DNA of 64,000 nucleotides, from the NCBI GenBank assembly GCA_951406725.2, contig OX597818.1, forward strand, positions 83,452,001 through 83,516,000, read 5' to 3'. Position 1 is the stretch's first letter, and each line of letters starts with the position of its first letter. The position numbers and the translations under genes were made by a program. This document shows, one piece after another, positions 1 through 13,445 of this stretch. Below the pieces are notes generated by a model. The model was not told the DNA's origin. It did not search any database and saw only the letters and a program-made list of their open reading frames with translations. Origin of the DNA: Octopus vulgaris. Taxonomy: Eukaryota.

Positions 1-148
1 AGATCAAAGTAGTGTGCAAAGTGTGAAAGGCAGAGAAAAGTAGGAGAGAGAGACAGTGTTATAGAGTCGTACCAAATTTAAAGGAATATATACTTACATA
101 CAAGGCCAAAGAGGGTACGGCGCCGCTGAGTATATATATATATATATA

Positions 149-547
149 CTCTTTTACTCTTTTACTTGTTTCAGTTATTTGACTGCAGCCATGCTGGAGC
201 ACCGCCTTTTAGTCGAGCAAATCGACCCCCAGGGCCTATTCTTTGTAAGCTTAGTACTTATTCTATCGGTCGATTTTGCCGAACGGCTAAGTTACGGTGA
301 CGTAAACACACCAGTATCGGTTGGGGGACAATCACAGACACACAAACACACACGCACACATACATATATATATATACGTATTAACAACGGACTTCTTTCA
401 TTTTCTCTCTATCAAATTCACTCACAAGGCTTTTGTCGGCCCGTCCTTATAGTAGAAGACACCTGCCCAAGTTGCCACGCAGTGGGACCGAATCCGGAAC
501 CATGTGGTTCGTAAGCAAGCTACTTACCACATAGCCACTCCTATGCC
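149..547 (-). mobile_element. tRNA-derived SINE, family A (internal CA/TA microsatellite)
   Basis: Minus-strand head AGGAGTGGCTATGTGGTAAG...GGTTCCGGATTCGGTCCC with A/B-box-like motifs; simple-repeat tail; closely similar copies at 9029, 13770, 42288, 55980. Confidence 0.9.
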
Positions 548-599
548 TATATCTATATATAAGATAGGAAATGATGTTAACGGCATTCTTTATTATAAA

Positions 600-1345
600 A
601 CACTATAATTGTTTCGACACATACTTACTCCTTTACTACATCAGTGATATATCGTCTAATCACAAGGTGTATAATGCGCCTCCACATGTGCCAGTTCAAA
701 CACATCCTTTGCCAGATTCTCTCGCTGTTTCATTCAGTGCGATAATGCATACGCAATGTGATGTAGTATTCCCAGCCTAGGACTGCTTTTATATAACCTC
801 CTGCATTTGCAGTCCAGGTCATGAAGTTAACTGAAGGGGCAATGAATATGGGTCTCAAGGTGAAGCAAGAGGAGGCTGAACACCTCACACCACGAACCAA
901 TTAGAATTGGCACCGCAGCACTTCCAGAGAACAAGAAGTTTGTGCGTCTAGGCATCCTTACGACAGGTGAAACGCAGGTGGATGTGATATCTTGGTTCGG
1001 CAAAATTCTGTATGCTTTGAACGGCCTTCAATCGGTCAGGAAGTCTAAAGCTATTTCTCTCAAAGTAAAATTCCGTATCTTGAAATCTAATCTCAAAGCT
1101 ATTTTTCTTTACGGGTTAGGACCTTGGAGGTTCACCAACGTCATAAAGAATAAGATACAAATCTTCATCAGCAAATATATTCACTACATTTTCAAGATCT
1201 AGTGGCTGGATGAAATTCCAAACACAAGTCTGTGGAATAGGATAAAGCAAAATCCCATTAATCAAGAAATTCTTAAATGGAAACGGAACTGGATCGGTCA
1301 CACACTAAGGAGACATTCAAGCAGCATTTTAGGACAATACTTAAT
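600..1345 (+). mobile_element. Decayed RTE-clade LINE, C-terminal RT/thumb region
   Basis: ORF 942-1202 KVKFRILKSNLKAIFLYG..W..KIQIFISK, continuing past a stop to WIGHTLR; matches the RTE-type KIRIFNSNVKSVLLYG...RWIGH motif; stops and frameshifts. Confidence 0.75.
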
Positions 1346-1397
1346 ACATAAAATATTCGAGGCCCTGTTCACTTTGCAGAATAATATGAACCTAACC

Positions 1398-1401
<4 letters not shown>

Positions 1402-1490
<89 letters not shown>

Positions 1491-1501
1491 TATATACATA
1501 T
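1402..1501. repeat. (AT)n microsatellite
   Basis: Direct reading; representative of dozens of AT tracts in the window. Confidence 0.95.
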
Positions 1502-3380
1502 TTGGGGGTGGGGTGTATATGTGGGTGTGGTTGGATGTCTGTGTGTGTGTTTTTGTGTGTGAGTGTTGGTGGTTACAATGTGCTTCTTCGAAATATTTTT
1601 TTACTCAAGAAAACTATGCACTACCACTCCGGGAATCGAAACCACGATATTGCGAACATTTTCTCGGTATAACACCCGAAACACTATGAGAGACTTCGTC
1701 ACATACATGTACACAGGTACTCAGGTACACGCACATATATACATACACATGTATATACGTTTATATACATACATGTATACACATATAAGTATCTGTTTGT
1801 TTGTGTACGTATATAATATTATACACTACGATATTTCATCTCTTTAACATGTTATGCATGATAGGCAGTAATATTTCTTTCTTTTTAGAAACCTTCAGCA
1901 TGACATAACCGGAGGTACATTAATGAAATGTTATGAATGTTATAGTGCAAGGCATTTCTTATAGATGGGGTATAATGACTCTTTGGAAAAATATTTTTAT
2001 AACAGTAATAATATTGTAATATGATAAAACGATACTTTTCTGATGAATTTCAAATCACATATAAAGTTTTTCAGTAGCTGGAGTAGAACCGCGAACGAAT
2101 TGCCAAAATCTAGTTCAAAGGTTCTCACCCCATTTTGACCATTTTAACCCTTGGAGTCACAAATGGCCGCCTCACTAGAAAATATTTATATATTTCAATA
2201 TACTACTTATTTTGAAATCAGTAGATAATAATTAAAAAATAAAGGACGTCATTTTACACATGAGCTTGTACAAAGTCGGGAGTACAGATGTACAACTTGA
2301 AATGCAAACAAAAAAATGAAATTATGAATTGAAAGTTTGGTAATTGCGTTTATTTCCACCACGTGACACTTTTGAGATCAACGTGTTGGGTATCGAAAGA
2401 GTGCTCTTTGGTATAAGTAAATGTCGACAAAATTCTTTCAAACCTTTCCGATTTCCCTTACCGAAGATTCTAGAACATGTACAACAATCTGAAATATAAG
2501 TTATTGTCACCCAGGAAGAAGCATGTTTATCCCCAAGAGAGTGTATTTGACAGAAATTGTTGAAATACATATGTACTTCATATGAGTAGCAAATTGTAGA
2601 GTATGGTATTCACTATACTTGGATCTATTAAGTTTGAGTCACAAAATCACCGCCCTTTTAAAATGACGTAAAAAACTCTGAATATTTGTCATATTAAACA
2701 TTCATTTCTTATTCAGGATCTAGTTGGCTTCATTCACAAAATCTTAATTTTTTAATAGGAAGTAAGAAATCTGAAAATTGGTTATTTTGATGCAGTTTAC
2801 TAAGCGTACTCCTATGAAGCCTTGGACTTCTGGCGAAAACATTTGACACACACAATTTGTTTTTAATTCGTGGTTTTAAAATATGGACAGTCCAAATTTA
2901 CCATTCGTTTCTATTTATAATTTCTAAGTAATTTTTTAAATACTTCAAAATCAAAATTGCGTAAATATGTGTGCCAGAAACAGTAGTGAAAAACTAAGGA
3001 AATAGATTTCTGAGAGAGCTCTTACTATGAGTGACTTTCATTCCATCATTCTAATACTTTATGAAACTTATACATATACATGTATAAATGCATAAAGAAA
3101 CATACAAATATATAAACACACATACATGTTTATACAGTTAGTTTTATATACATGCTTTTATATATATTAATATTTCGGCATATCTACATCATTTTGCCCC
3201 CAAACTTTGCTTCTTCATAACCATGAGAAAATTAACTATTACTTTTCTACAGATATGCTTCAGATAATTTAGATTCCGATTAAATTGGAATTCATTGTGA
3301 AATCCGTTTGCGTATACGAATTGTTTTAAATATATCTTTATACACTTGCGTACACACAAAAAACTGGCGCAGCGTCGGTC

Positions 3381-3560
3381 CGACAATTACAAGTATCCAA
3401 AATTTCTTCACCACTCTTCCAACTTCATTTTTCCCCTTAGAAAGAAGGCTTTCGTCTAATTGGACTATCACTGCACGGCTGTCTGTCTGCTAATATTGCT
3501 GATGGACATGAAGTTTGTCAATGGCATTTCACATAGAAACTCCAGGATGATGTTAAAAAG
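3381..3560 (-). pseudogene. Merlin/ISXO2-like (IS1595 superfamily) transposase fragment
   Basis: Minus frame 3480-3382 reads AVIVQLDESLLSKGKNEVGRVVKKFWILVIV, matching the V-[EQ]-[IL]-DES...K...GR....W motif of Merlin DDE transposases. Confidence 0.65.
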
Positions 3561-3840
3561 TGAGAAGACCGTCAATTGATTTTCTTCCTTAAAAGTATAA
3601 AAAAAATGTTTGAAAGTTATAAAGAGAAACGAATAGTAGATTTGGATTGTATTTTAAAACCAAAATAAAAAAAAGAGAGGGGTGGGAGATTTCTTTTTTA
3701 TTTTTTATTTTTTTTTGCATAAGCACATCAATTCCATTATGCAGAAGACAGAATGGAAACAAATTTGTAAAAATTCGTAAAAATACAAAATTCATGAGTG
3801 GGTTTAGTACATACTTACATCAGAATTCTGACCATTTATA

Positions 3841-3926
<86 letters not shown>

Positions 3927-3938
3927 TAATATATATAT

Positions 3939-4000
<62 letters not shown>

Positions 4001-4061
4001 GTATATATATATATATATATATCTAAATTATATATATATATATATATTATAATATTATATA

Positions 4062-4256
4062 TACATCGTTTTGGGATTTGGTTTGCAAGATTCTTTATGT
4101 GAATTCGTGTGCTGAAGCATATTATGTTGCGTTGGGGAGAACCATTCTCTTTTTTTAGTGCCATATAATTTAATACACTCACTGGTAAAATTTCACTTAT
4201 TTCTATTTTACTTTTCTAAAGTTTTCGTTGCGTCTCGCAAAATTTTTAATAGTTAC
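4062..4256 (-). repeat. TA-flanked interspersed repeat, possibly a PLE tail fragment
   Basis: About 190 bp of unique sequence between (AT)n tracts; degenerate hammerhead-like fold at 4216-4252. Confidence 0.35.
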
Positions 4257-4305
<49 letters not shown>

Positions 4306-5423
4306 CACATACACTAGTGTCTGTTTTTCTTTCCGTTATTTTTTTACTTAAACACATCAACATATGAGCCAATGGGATACTCTCTGTGTGGTTGTTCAAT
4401 TTCCTAGAAATAAGAGTCAAATCTCCCTCATACTATGCTCTTGTTAGTATCAAGGAAAGAGAAAATGTTTACTCCTCTCCATCGTTTCGATTTAAATTAA
4501 TATTTTTGCTTTTGTGCGGCTCTATGAGTTTAATTTTTTTAATGCTTCTGTCCATTGCTTCATACAAGAGAATGGAAAATCCTGACCAATGTAGACAAAT
4601 TGTAACTTAACAAAAAACTATAGAAACAGAAAGTCTCTCACGCTCCCCTTAGTGCCCCTTTACTCCAAAACGTCCCCTCAACCCCCAAATTCCCCACGGG
4701 ACCATATGGCCCACGTTGAGAACCTTTGATCTAGTTCGTTCGTATCTCCTTCCCTTTTCACTTATATTTAGATAAATACCTGAATTTTACTAAGTGTTCG
4801 CCACTTCTGTGACTAACTAATCATCGTCTCTAAATTTAAATTACTCTAGAGATTAATTATGAAAAACAAAATGACTAACTTCATAATTTATCTTAATTAG
4901 ATTCGACAAACAAAGAAAAATCTATTTATTACAAATATTATGGGAGTAAGTAGATAATACAACATTGGAGAACACTTTTGTAGTAACAATTTAAACGTTA
5001 AACGGATGTGAACGGTTGTCAATTGGAGTTTGACCAGACTAAACAGCTTAATAGTGGTAGAAGAATATTTTCTAGATGTATACGTTTCTTTCGTTTATCT
5101 TTTGCTTTTTTACCAATAAATTGTTTCAGTCAATGGAATTTGGTCTTGCCTGAACGCTGAAGGTGCTTTTTTTTCATCGAAGTGCTCTACCACAAACCTT
5201 ATAATTTAAATCTAGTATTTACTTGATCTGGTGTCATTACCGAACCGTTAGAATATGAGGATGTAAAGAAAAAACACACTGGTTCTCAATCTTATATACA
5301 TATATGTACATATATATGTGTGCACATATATATGTACGCATATATGTGTACATATATATATACATATATATATATAAATACATATATACATATATATATA
5401 AATACATATATATATATATACAT

Positions 5424-5462
<39 letters not shown>

Positions 5463-5498
5463 CATACATACATACATACATACATACACACACACACA

Positions 5499-6232
5499 TA
5501 AGGTGCGGTGAATAAACTATTGCCTACATTACGCAAAATTAAAAGTAACAGTGACATCTCATTTTAATAGATTTATTTACTAAAATTACATAAATGTATC
5601 TTGAAATATTAATTTGGATATTTATTCAATAAAATCGCCATTGACTTCAACCACAGTCTCCACACGACTTGGGAATCGCCTACAACTCCCCTGAACGGTC
5701 TCCTTATTTAACTTTGTTAATGCGGCCATTATCTTTGCCTTCAGTTCATCTTTGGTGTTACAAGGAATTTTGTTGGTCTTTCGCTCAACTGCGCCCCACA
5801 CATACTAATCCAGCAGCCACATTCTTGAATCAGGGCAGCTCTAACTCCTCCAACCACTTGATGTAGGCCTCCATGCTGAGTTTGAGGCCGTGTGGGTAGA
5901 TGAATGGAGGGATAACGTCGCCATCACTAGTGATGACTGCAAACACCATGATGTTGACTGGATGTTTGATTTTTATCTCTCTTGGTGCATGTCCTCAGAT
6001 TGCACTGTCCTGAAATGTTCGTATTGGAGCGTCCGTAGTTAATGGCAAGCAGTACAGCATGTCGTTTCCAAATTTCTGGCAGAGTGATTAGCGTCATGGT
6101 GCTGTTCTTTGCACAGACGGTGCTCAACTGACTCTACTATACTGTGTAGTCGACAAAATCAATAACAAACAATGCGTAAGCGCGAAATTAAAAATATGCA
6201 ATGGCGACAATCTACCCATCGAACACTGTATA
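5499..6232 (-). mobile_element. Internally deleted Tc1/mariner (DD37D/maT-like) element, copy 1
   Basis: Minus translation near 5970-5850 KHPVNIMVFAVITSDGDVIPPFIYPHGLKLSMEAYIKWLEE; degenerate TIRs; both ends homologous to 29208-30030. Confidence 0.75.
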
Positions 6233-7530
6233 TTTACATAATGTTTTTACACCCAATGCAGAGTGTAATCATCTCAGTATAGTCGATGTATGCGATCATA
6301 TCCTTATTTGTAAACCAAACATACCTTTAAAATGACGTCTACATTGATTGTACAATAATTTTCTTGCAGCTTTAACAAGCTGTTTAATCTGATCTTGACG
6401 AACCATAAAATGTTTATTCAGACTTCTTTGAAATTTGTTGATCCTGTGGCATTTGACATTGATAAGGATGAATCCTACTGATTGCAGAACTTAGTTGCGA
6501 GTTCATATGCACATTTTACCTCCAGCATACTTTAAATAACATCAAATTTTAATCTTATCTTGAATGCAAACGTAATAGGGGCTAATGAAATATTTTCCAT
6601 GAAATTCTTTGCTTAATGAAAAACGGAAAGAACGCCACAGGAAACGTAAGAAAGACGAATTCGGTGCGGCTTATTGTTTCAGATACAAACGTGTAATCGA
6701 AGTGTTTAGTGCAAAATATCTCAATGAGTGAATGACACAACGTATGATATGATGCGTGCTATTAAAGAAGTACGATGCATGTATATGCGTGCACGTGTTC
6801 TCTCTATGCATAGGATTACTTCACGCTGCTTATTTTCCCTTTGTAGCCATTCAGTTACCCGTGACAATGTGTACTGTGTGTGTAGCAGTGAGAGATGCGG
6901 TTGTTGATTTTTAGTCTTCCATGTGTATCAAATTTGTATCTAATTATACTTTTGAAAATGTTCCAATATTTACAATAAACTGTTTGCTCGAAGTTGTTTC
7001 CACAGGCAACCGTGCACCGTATGAACTTATGAAGCTTTTCTCCTGAGAACGTTAGAGATAGGAAGAGAAAGAACATGAGAACTATAAACAAACAGTCAAA
7101 GAGAAACAGTGGTATTGCTATATTAACGAAAGGTTAGACATTGACAAACAACATAAGAAAGGAATATCGTACAAAATGTAAAACAGAGATATAGTAAATC
7201 ATAGGTTGAGTGGGGACATATTTGTGTGTTGCACTCATGAATGTATTTGAGTGTGTGAGTGTGTGAGATTGTGTCTGTGTGTCTGCGTTCATTTCAACCG
7301 CGTAAAGAGGGAAATGAAGGCCTTCCAATAACAGCATTTAGGATTAGGCAAATAGGATGGGAGCTTGAGAATACATAATACGTACGTACATACATACATA
7401 CATAAATACATACATACATTATCGTCCATGACGCAGGATGCAGTGGCTAGTCTAGAATAACAAAAACAGGTGCATTACACAGCTTGGAATAACAAAAAAT
7501 AAAATACCTTCAGAGGAAGCTGACTATATA

Positions 7531-7888
7531 CTTTTCTACTCTAGGCACAAGGCCCAAAATTTTGGGCTAAGGGGCTATCCGATTAGATCGACCACAATAT
7601 GCAACTGGTACTTAATTTATAGACACTGAAAGGATGAAAGGCAAAGTCGACCTCGGTGGAATTTGAGCTCAGAACATAAAAACAGACGAAGTACCTATTG
7701 CTTTACTACCCACAAGAGGCTAAACACAGAGGAGACAAACAAGGACATACAGACAGATTAAGTCGATTATATCGACCCCGAAAGGATGAAAGGCAAAGTC
7801 TTCCTCTGCGGAATTTGAACTCAGAACATAAGAAATACGGCTACGCATTTTGCCCGGCGTGCTAACATTTCTGCCAGCACGCCGCCTT
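7531..7888 (-). mobile_element. tRNA-derived SINE, family B, composite form
   Basis: Head AGGCGGCGTGCTGGCAGAA, B-box-like GAGTTCAAATTCC, central GCCTTTCATCCTTTCGGGGTCGAT; many copies in the window. Confidence 0.9.
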
Positions 7889-8877
7889 GGAAGCTGGCTA
7901 TATTGAAACCGATGTGCCAAAGCATATTTGTGGAACTTAAAATATAAACAACCATCAAGTTAAAACACAGATATTGTTGCGTGCCGCGACAATGAGAAGT
8001 ATGATCTATTTTCGGAATGATCTGCACTATGGACACATAAGTGGTTAGAAAAATACAATAGAAAAAAATATATATGTGCCATTGATAAGAAGTTGACATA
8101 TCAAGTATTACAGATTCATTTTCACCTTCATACCTATTAATATTGGAGCAACAGGATACATACCAACCTCGAGAACACAGTATGGATAAACATGGGATCT
8201 TGGGGGAGAGAATGCAAATTCTTAATTTACGCTCTATAAATGATGCCGATATCATAAACTATAAGAATATGCAAAACCATTTTAAAATTTAAAGGATCGT
8301 GATTAAAACAAGATGCTCTCCATCACAGCCTTGCTACAAGAAATTTGTCGGTCAAAATTTACTGTAAAATTAAAAGAGAAAAACAACCTACACGCATAGA
8401 TATATACATAATACATACTTATAAACATGCGCGCAAACATACATATATACATGCATACATACATACATACATACATACATACTTACATACATAGCTTTCA
8501 TTCGTGCTTCGAGAACTTCCAACAAGAATTAACATTTTCTCAGTTTATAAAATCATTGTGACGCCAACATGCAATTCTCTGTGGTACGAATAAAACTAAG
8601 AAGTTTGAGGGATTCGTTTGACACAATAGTCAAAGGCCGGTCATGTATATATCAGAGGAGGCTTCAAGGCCCCAGACAGCATTTGACATTTTCTATCAAA
8701 AAAGGTTTTGACACCCGATATTCATAGTTTTATGTATGTGCCTCCAGATATTCTAAAACAATAAGTATTATAATTACATACGAACGAAATACTCACATGT
8801 AACTGCATGTATACATGTACATACGTACGTACGAACATACATACATAAATGCATATCCAGAACATGCATACATAATG

Positions 8878-8907
8878 CATACATACATACATACATACAT
8901 ACATACA

Positions 8908-8941
<34 letters not shown>

Positions 8942-8950
8942 CATACATAT
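8878..8950. repeat. (TACA)n microsatellite
   Basis: Direct reading. Confidence 0.95.
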
Positions 8951-9028
8951 ACACGGGATATCGTTTTCTTATAGAAAGGATTTGCAAACACAACTGAGAC
9001 CTTCTTCTAATTGTCGTTTTTCAATACG

Positions 9029-9427
9029 CTTTACTATCTTTTACTCTTGTTTCAGTCATTTGACTGTGGTCATGCTGGAGCACCGCCTTTAGCCGAGCAA
9101 AGGGACCCCAGGACTTATTCTTTGTAAGCCTAGTACTTATTCTATCGGTCTCTTTTGCTGAGTTACGGTTGTCAAGCGATGTTGGGGGGGACAAACACAG
9201 ACGCACAAACACATACACACACTCACATACATATATATACATATATATATATATATACATATATACGACGGGCTTTTTCAGTTTCCTTCTACCAAATCCA
9301 CTCACATGGCTTTGGTCGGCCCGAGGCTATAGCAAAAGACACTTGCCCAAGGAGCCACGCAGTGGGACTGAACCCGGAACCATGTGACTGGTAAGCAAGC
9401 TTCTTACCACACAGCCACTCCTATGCC
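9029..9427 (-). mobile_element. SINE family A
   Basis: Near full-length match to 149-547. Confidence 0.9.
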
Positions 9428-11092
9428 AATGTTCATGTTAATTCTTATTATCAAACTTGTGTTAGAGTTCTTCGTGATTATTTGAAACAGTAACGTAACC
9501 AAATGACTGATCAACGTGTCCAGCCTTTCATATTTCCCTGAACAAAATGATACTGCCATGTGTTACTGTTTTTTTAGAATGTAGGGCCAATGAGATTGGC
9601 GCAGTCACTACCATTCCAATCCAGTGATTTATAATCATCACTGAGTTGATTGGTTTCGTATGTGACTAATTTATTTTAGCTTTGGGATATACTAGGAATA
9701 TTAACTCCATTATTCATCACTATATTTTGTAGGGAGTTCTGTAAAGTATCCATATGTTGCCAACTAATGTGTTTACACCAAAAACACGATTAAAGTCAAA
9801 TATTTACATTACAACAGCGAAAGACCAAACAGATAAAAAGTATTTCGGTGGTAAAAACTCTACTTAAAAAAAAACAAAAGGAAAAAGCTATTAGGGTTCT
9901 TCATGATCAAACGAATCACGACAAACAAAGAAAGCACAGAATAAAATACATTCTATTCAAACACGGGTAATAGAGCAAGCAGTACAATAATTTAGAGATA
10001 AATACAACAAATTAATAACATCAGACACAACACTTACCAAATATTCCCAAGTCACACATGAAATGTATGGATTAAAAAAATATATATATATATGTATCAG
10101 TATTGACTAGATGAATATATGATGAGTATAAAATATCATAAAACAGAAGGAAAAAAATATGACACTGTAAAGTAAACAAACGCTAATAATATCTTCTGAT
10201 TTTGAGTCATTTTTGTGGCTGGAGTCAGAAGCTATTATTAGACCACAGGTCTGAACTAGTAAATTAATATTATAGACTTGGTTTGCTGAAAGGAAAAGTT
10301 AAACTCAGCAAGATATGAAATCAGAAGTTAGAGAAACGTAAAAGACCACAAGAAAAGGCAAAAAGCCCACAGAAAACGTAAAAGACCTAAAGAAAAAATT
10401 TTGTCAACGTTATACAGATTCTAACATATCCTTACTGAATAAATAAACATTAAAAACACTTTAAAAAGCATGAAAATTTATATCGGCTTCACATACATTT
10501 CCGCGAATCAGTAAATATAGTATGTGTTGCTTGTATGCATAAAAACCGACGTATTTATCGGTTTCTGGATGATGAATCTGACATTCGTAGCTGACGACGC
10601 GCATTGACGCAGAAATGCCAGCGTCATCAGATCACAAAGCGTTGTTCACAGTGCAATATATTTTACACATACTGTACGTTCTGATCATTTTCTCAGTGGA
10701 GTATATCCACAATGAAGGCCGTCCCTACGACTGAGTGTACAGGAAAATGTTCAATATGATTTTACAAGATAATATTCTAGTCACTGCTGATCCGTGCGAT
10801 TCTAGCTCAACCAAACTTTACTCTTAAGCGTTCATACATGCACACATATTTATTCTTACACCTGTTTCACAAGGGTAGACGATTGAAGCTCTGCATTGGA
10901 AGCCATATAAATTTTTGACGTCATAAGAGTTCTATAAAATTTTGAGGTAATATGGATTAATGTACATTTGTGTGTGTGTGGGGTGGTTGTGGAACTCGTA
11001 TTTCACATAAAGCTATAAATGAGAGCATGTAAGCATTGGGGGTTAAAAGAACAGAAAATGTCGTAAGTTGTTTCAAATTTTTCTATCCAAGT

Positions 11093-11249
11093 CAGGCGCG
11101 GTCCCAAGAATTTTTAGAAGGGGTGGCACAAGATCAAAAGGGAATACAATTCCAGGAGAAAAGAGCATAATAACGGTATTTAGAAGGGTGCACTACTTTT
11201 CAGAAGGGGTTCACGTGCTCCACAGCCCCACTTCCTTTGTTCTACCTCT
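11093..11249. mobile_element. Possible short hAT-like MITE
   Basis: CAGGCGCGGTCCCAAG start and TTTGTTCTACCTCTG end resemble degenerate CAGGGGCGG-type TIRs; no TSD seen. Confidence 0.3.
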
Positions 11250-11417
11250 GCAAATTGTTTTTTTCGGCCCAGTATTTACACGTTGTTATTTAGGACGTCT
11301 TGCGTACTTCGATAACCAATTTCAAGAAGAGAATATCTACTTATTTCTCTCCCTTTCCTTCTCTCTCTATACCCCTCTCTCTCCCTCTCTCTATATATAT
11401 ATATATATCTCTGTATA

Positions 11418-12681
11418 TATCTGCTCATTAAGAATGGAATGTCCGATTTTCTTATGCACCAAGTTTGCCAGTCATTAATGTTTTATCCTGAAAATTCGTT
11501 GTTTTACAACATTGAAGAGTTACAGCATCACTTTTCGAAATGCAGTTCATTGTGTCTTGTTACGTTGTGAGTTTTCTCTTGTAAATCAATTTTTGTGAAC
11601 CCACACATGGATAAAAATTCGTGTAGTTTATGAATATGAGTTCCGTCGTGGAACCAATGCAACTCAGACAGTTCGAAACACCAATGAGGTGTTTGGTGAA
11701 GATGTGGTGAATGAGCACACTGTACATCGATGGTTTGGGAAGTTCCGGTCTGGTGATTTTACTCTTGAAAATCAGCACCTTGGTAGACCCGAGACCAAAG
11801 TGGATAATGATGAGCTGGAAACTGTAGTGGAAGTGGATGCATCTCAAACTACACATTACTCAACAGCAAGGTTTGATGTTTCGATTCCAACTGTATTGCA
11901 TCATCTGAAACAAATCAGCGAGGTAATGAGCTGGAAAAGAGAGTACTAATGAACTGAACTAGCATCAAATGACATATCGTCTTGAAACTTGCAATACGTT
12001 GCTGTCACGGCATCAAAAAGAAACCTTTTTTTCTTCGTACTGTTACGTGTGAAGAGAAAGGGATTCTTTTCAACAACAGAAAGTGTTCTGCACAGTGGTT
12101 GGATAGAGACGAATTGCCAAAACATAATCCCAAAAAGAATATTCATAAAAAAAAAAAGCTAATCGCGTCAGTTTGGTGGACCAGCGCTGGTGTCCTCCAC
12201 GACAGCTTTATGAGACCTAGTAAGTTAGTTACAGCGGATGTATACACCAACCAGTTGGATGAAATTATGAGTGAACATCATTAAAAAACTGATACCGTTC
12301 AATAGAGACAGGCCACTAACTTTGCAATACAATGCTCGACCAAATGTTGCACAAAGAACACTACTTAAGTTACGGGTACTGAATTTGGAAGTACTCTGTC
12401 ATCCACCATATTCACCAGACCTTGCACCAACTGACTATCACGTTTTCCAGGCATTAGACAACATTTTGCAAGGAAAAAACTTCAAATCTGAAGAACATGC
12501 GAAAACAGCCTTTTGTGATTTCATCACCTCTTGCTCTCCAGAATTCTTCGCTGCCGGCATAAATAAGGTACAGAAAAATAGCAAATTTAGGTGTATACTT
12601 TGGTTACCTGCATTGCTTTTTGTTGAGATAAAGTAAAATGCACTTTCAGAGTTCAAATTCGGGCATTTCAATCTTGATGAC

Positions 12682-12687
<6 letters not shown>
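11418..12687 (+). mobile_element. Full-length decayed mariner transposon (about 1.27 kb)
   Basis: 29-bp TIRs at 11418-11446 and 12659-12687 (23/29 matching), TA flanks; transposase pseudogene inside. Confidence 0.92.
11608..12580 (+). pseudogene. Mariner transposase pseudogene
   Basis: N-terminal HTH (EFRRGTNATQT..VFGEDVVNEHTVHRWFGKFRSGD), VTCEEKGILFNN, SVWW, HPPYSPDLAPTDYHVF; split over several frames. Confidence 0.92.
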
Positions 12688-12738
<51 letters not shown>

Positions 12739-12951
12739 TAACTCATGTCATGCCTCGCAAACGAGTGTCCAATACTGAAGTGATGCAGGATCGAAATTAC
12801 TTCATTTGCAGGTCTGTGAGCTCGATGGCAGGACTTCCTATGTAGACGATGAAAACGATGACGAGTATTAAGATCATAGCGACAACTGAGAGACATACAA
12901 TTAACAATGAGGATAATGAAGATGGTGATGAACATAGCGATTATTATTAGC

Positions 12952-13090
12952 AGTATTTCGTCTGTCTCAACGTTCTGAGCTCGACTTTAGCTTTCATCAT
13001 TTCGGGAGTCGATAAGATATGTACCAGTTGTATAATTGGGTCAATGCAATCAACTGTCCGCCTTCACCTACGCCCTGTGCCTGTAGTAGA
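12952..13090 (+). mobile_element. SINE family B, degraded partial copy
   Basis: GTATTTCGTCTGTC...CTTTCATCATTTCGGGAGTCGATAAG...GTACCAGTTG. Confidence 0.7.
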
Positions 13091-13095
13091 AAGCG

Positions 13096-13444
<349 letters not shown>

Positions 13445-13445
<1 letters not shown>

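Larger units (their letters stand above)
2116..4728. mobile_element. hAT-type non-autonomous element with nested material
   Basis: TIRs CAAAGGTTCTCACC (2116) and GTTGAGAACCTTTG (ending 4728), flanked by a perfect 8-bp TSD ATCTAGTT at 2108-2115 and 4729-4736. Confidence 0.8.

Noticed and set aside
179-514. Recurring ORF ending CHAVGLNPEPCG (also 9155, 13940, 56140)
   Set aside because: Antisense reading of SINE family A; frames are not conserved between copies.
2143-2170. TTAACCC as a piggyBac left end
   Set aside because: No matching GGGTTAA right end seen nearby; it lies within the hAT subterminal region.
2810-2845. CTATGAAGCC...GGCGAAA hammerhead-like string (similar weak one near 49120-49167)
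   Set aside because: Core lacks essential bases and stems I and III are not convincingly formed.
7821-8255. 144-aa minus ORF in non-repetitive sequence
   Set aside because: Runs into SINE B, has no recognisable motif and no splice support.
12813-12872. Short plus-strand exon-like stretch after TCATTTGCAG (similar at 10698)
   Set aside because: Under 20 codons to a stop, with no donor or homology; expected by chance.
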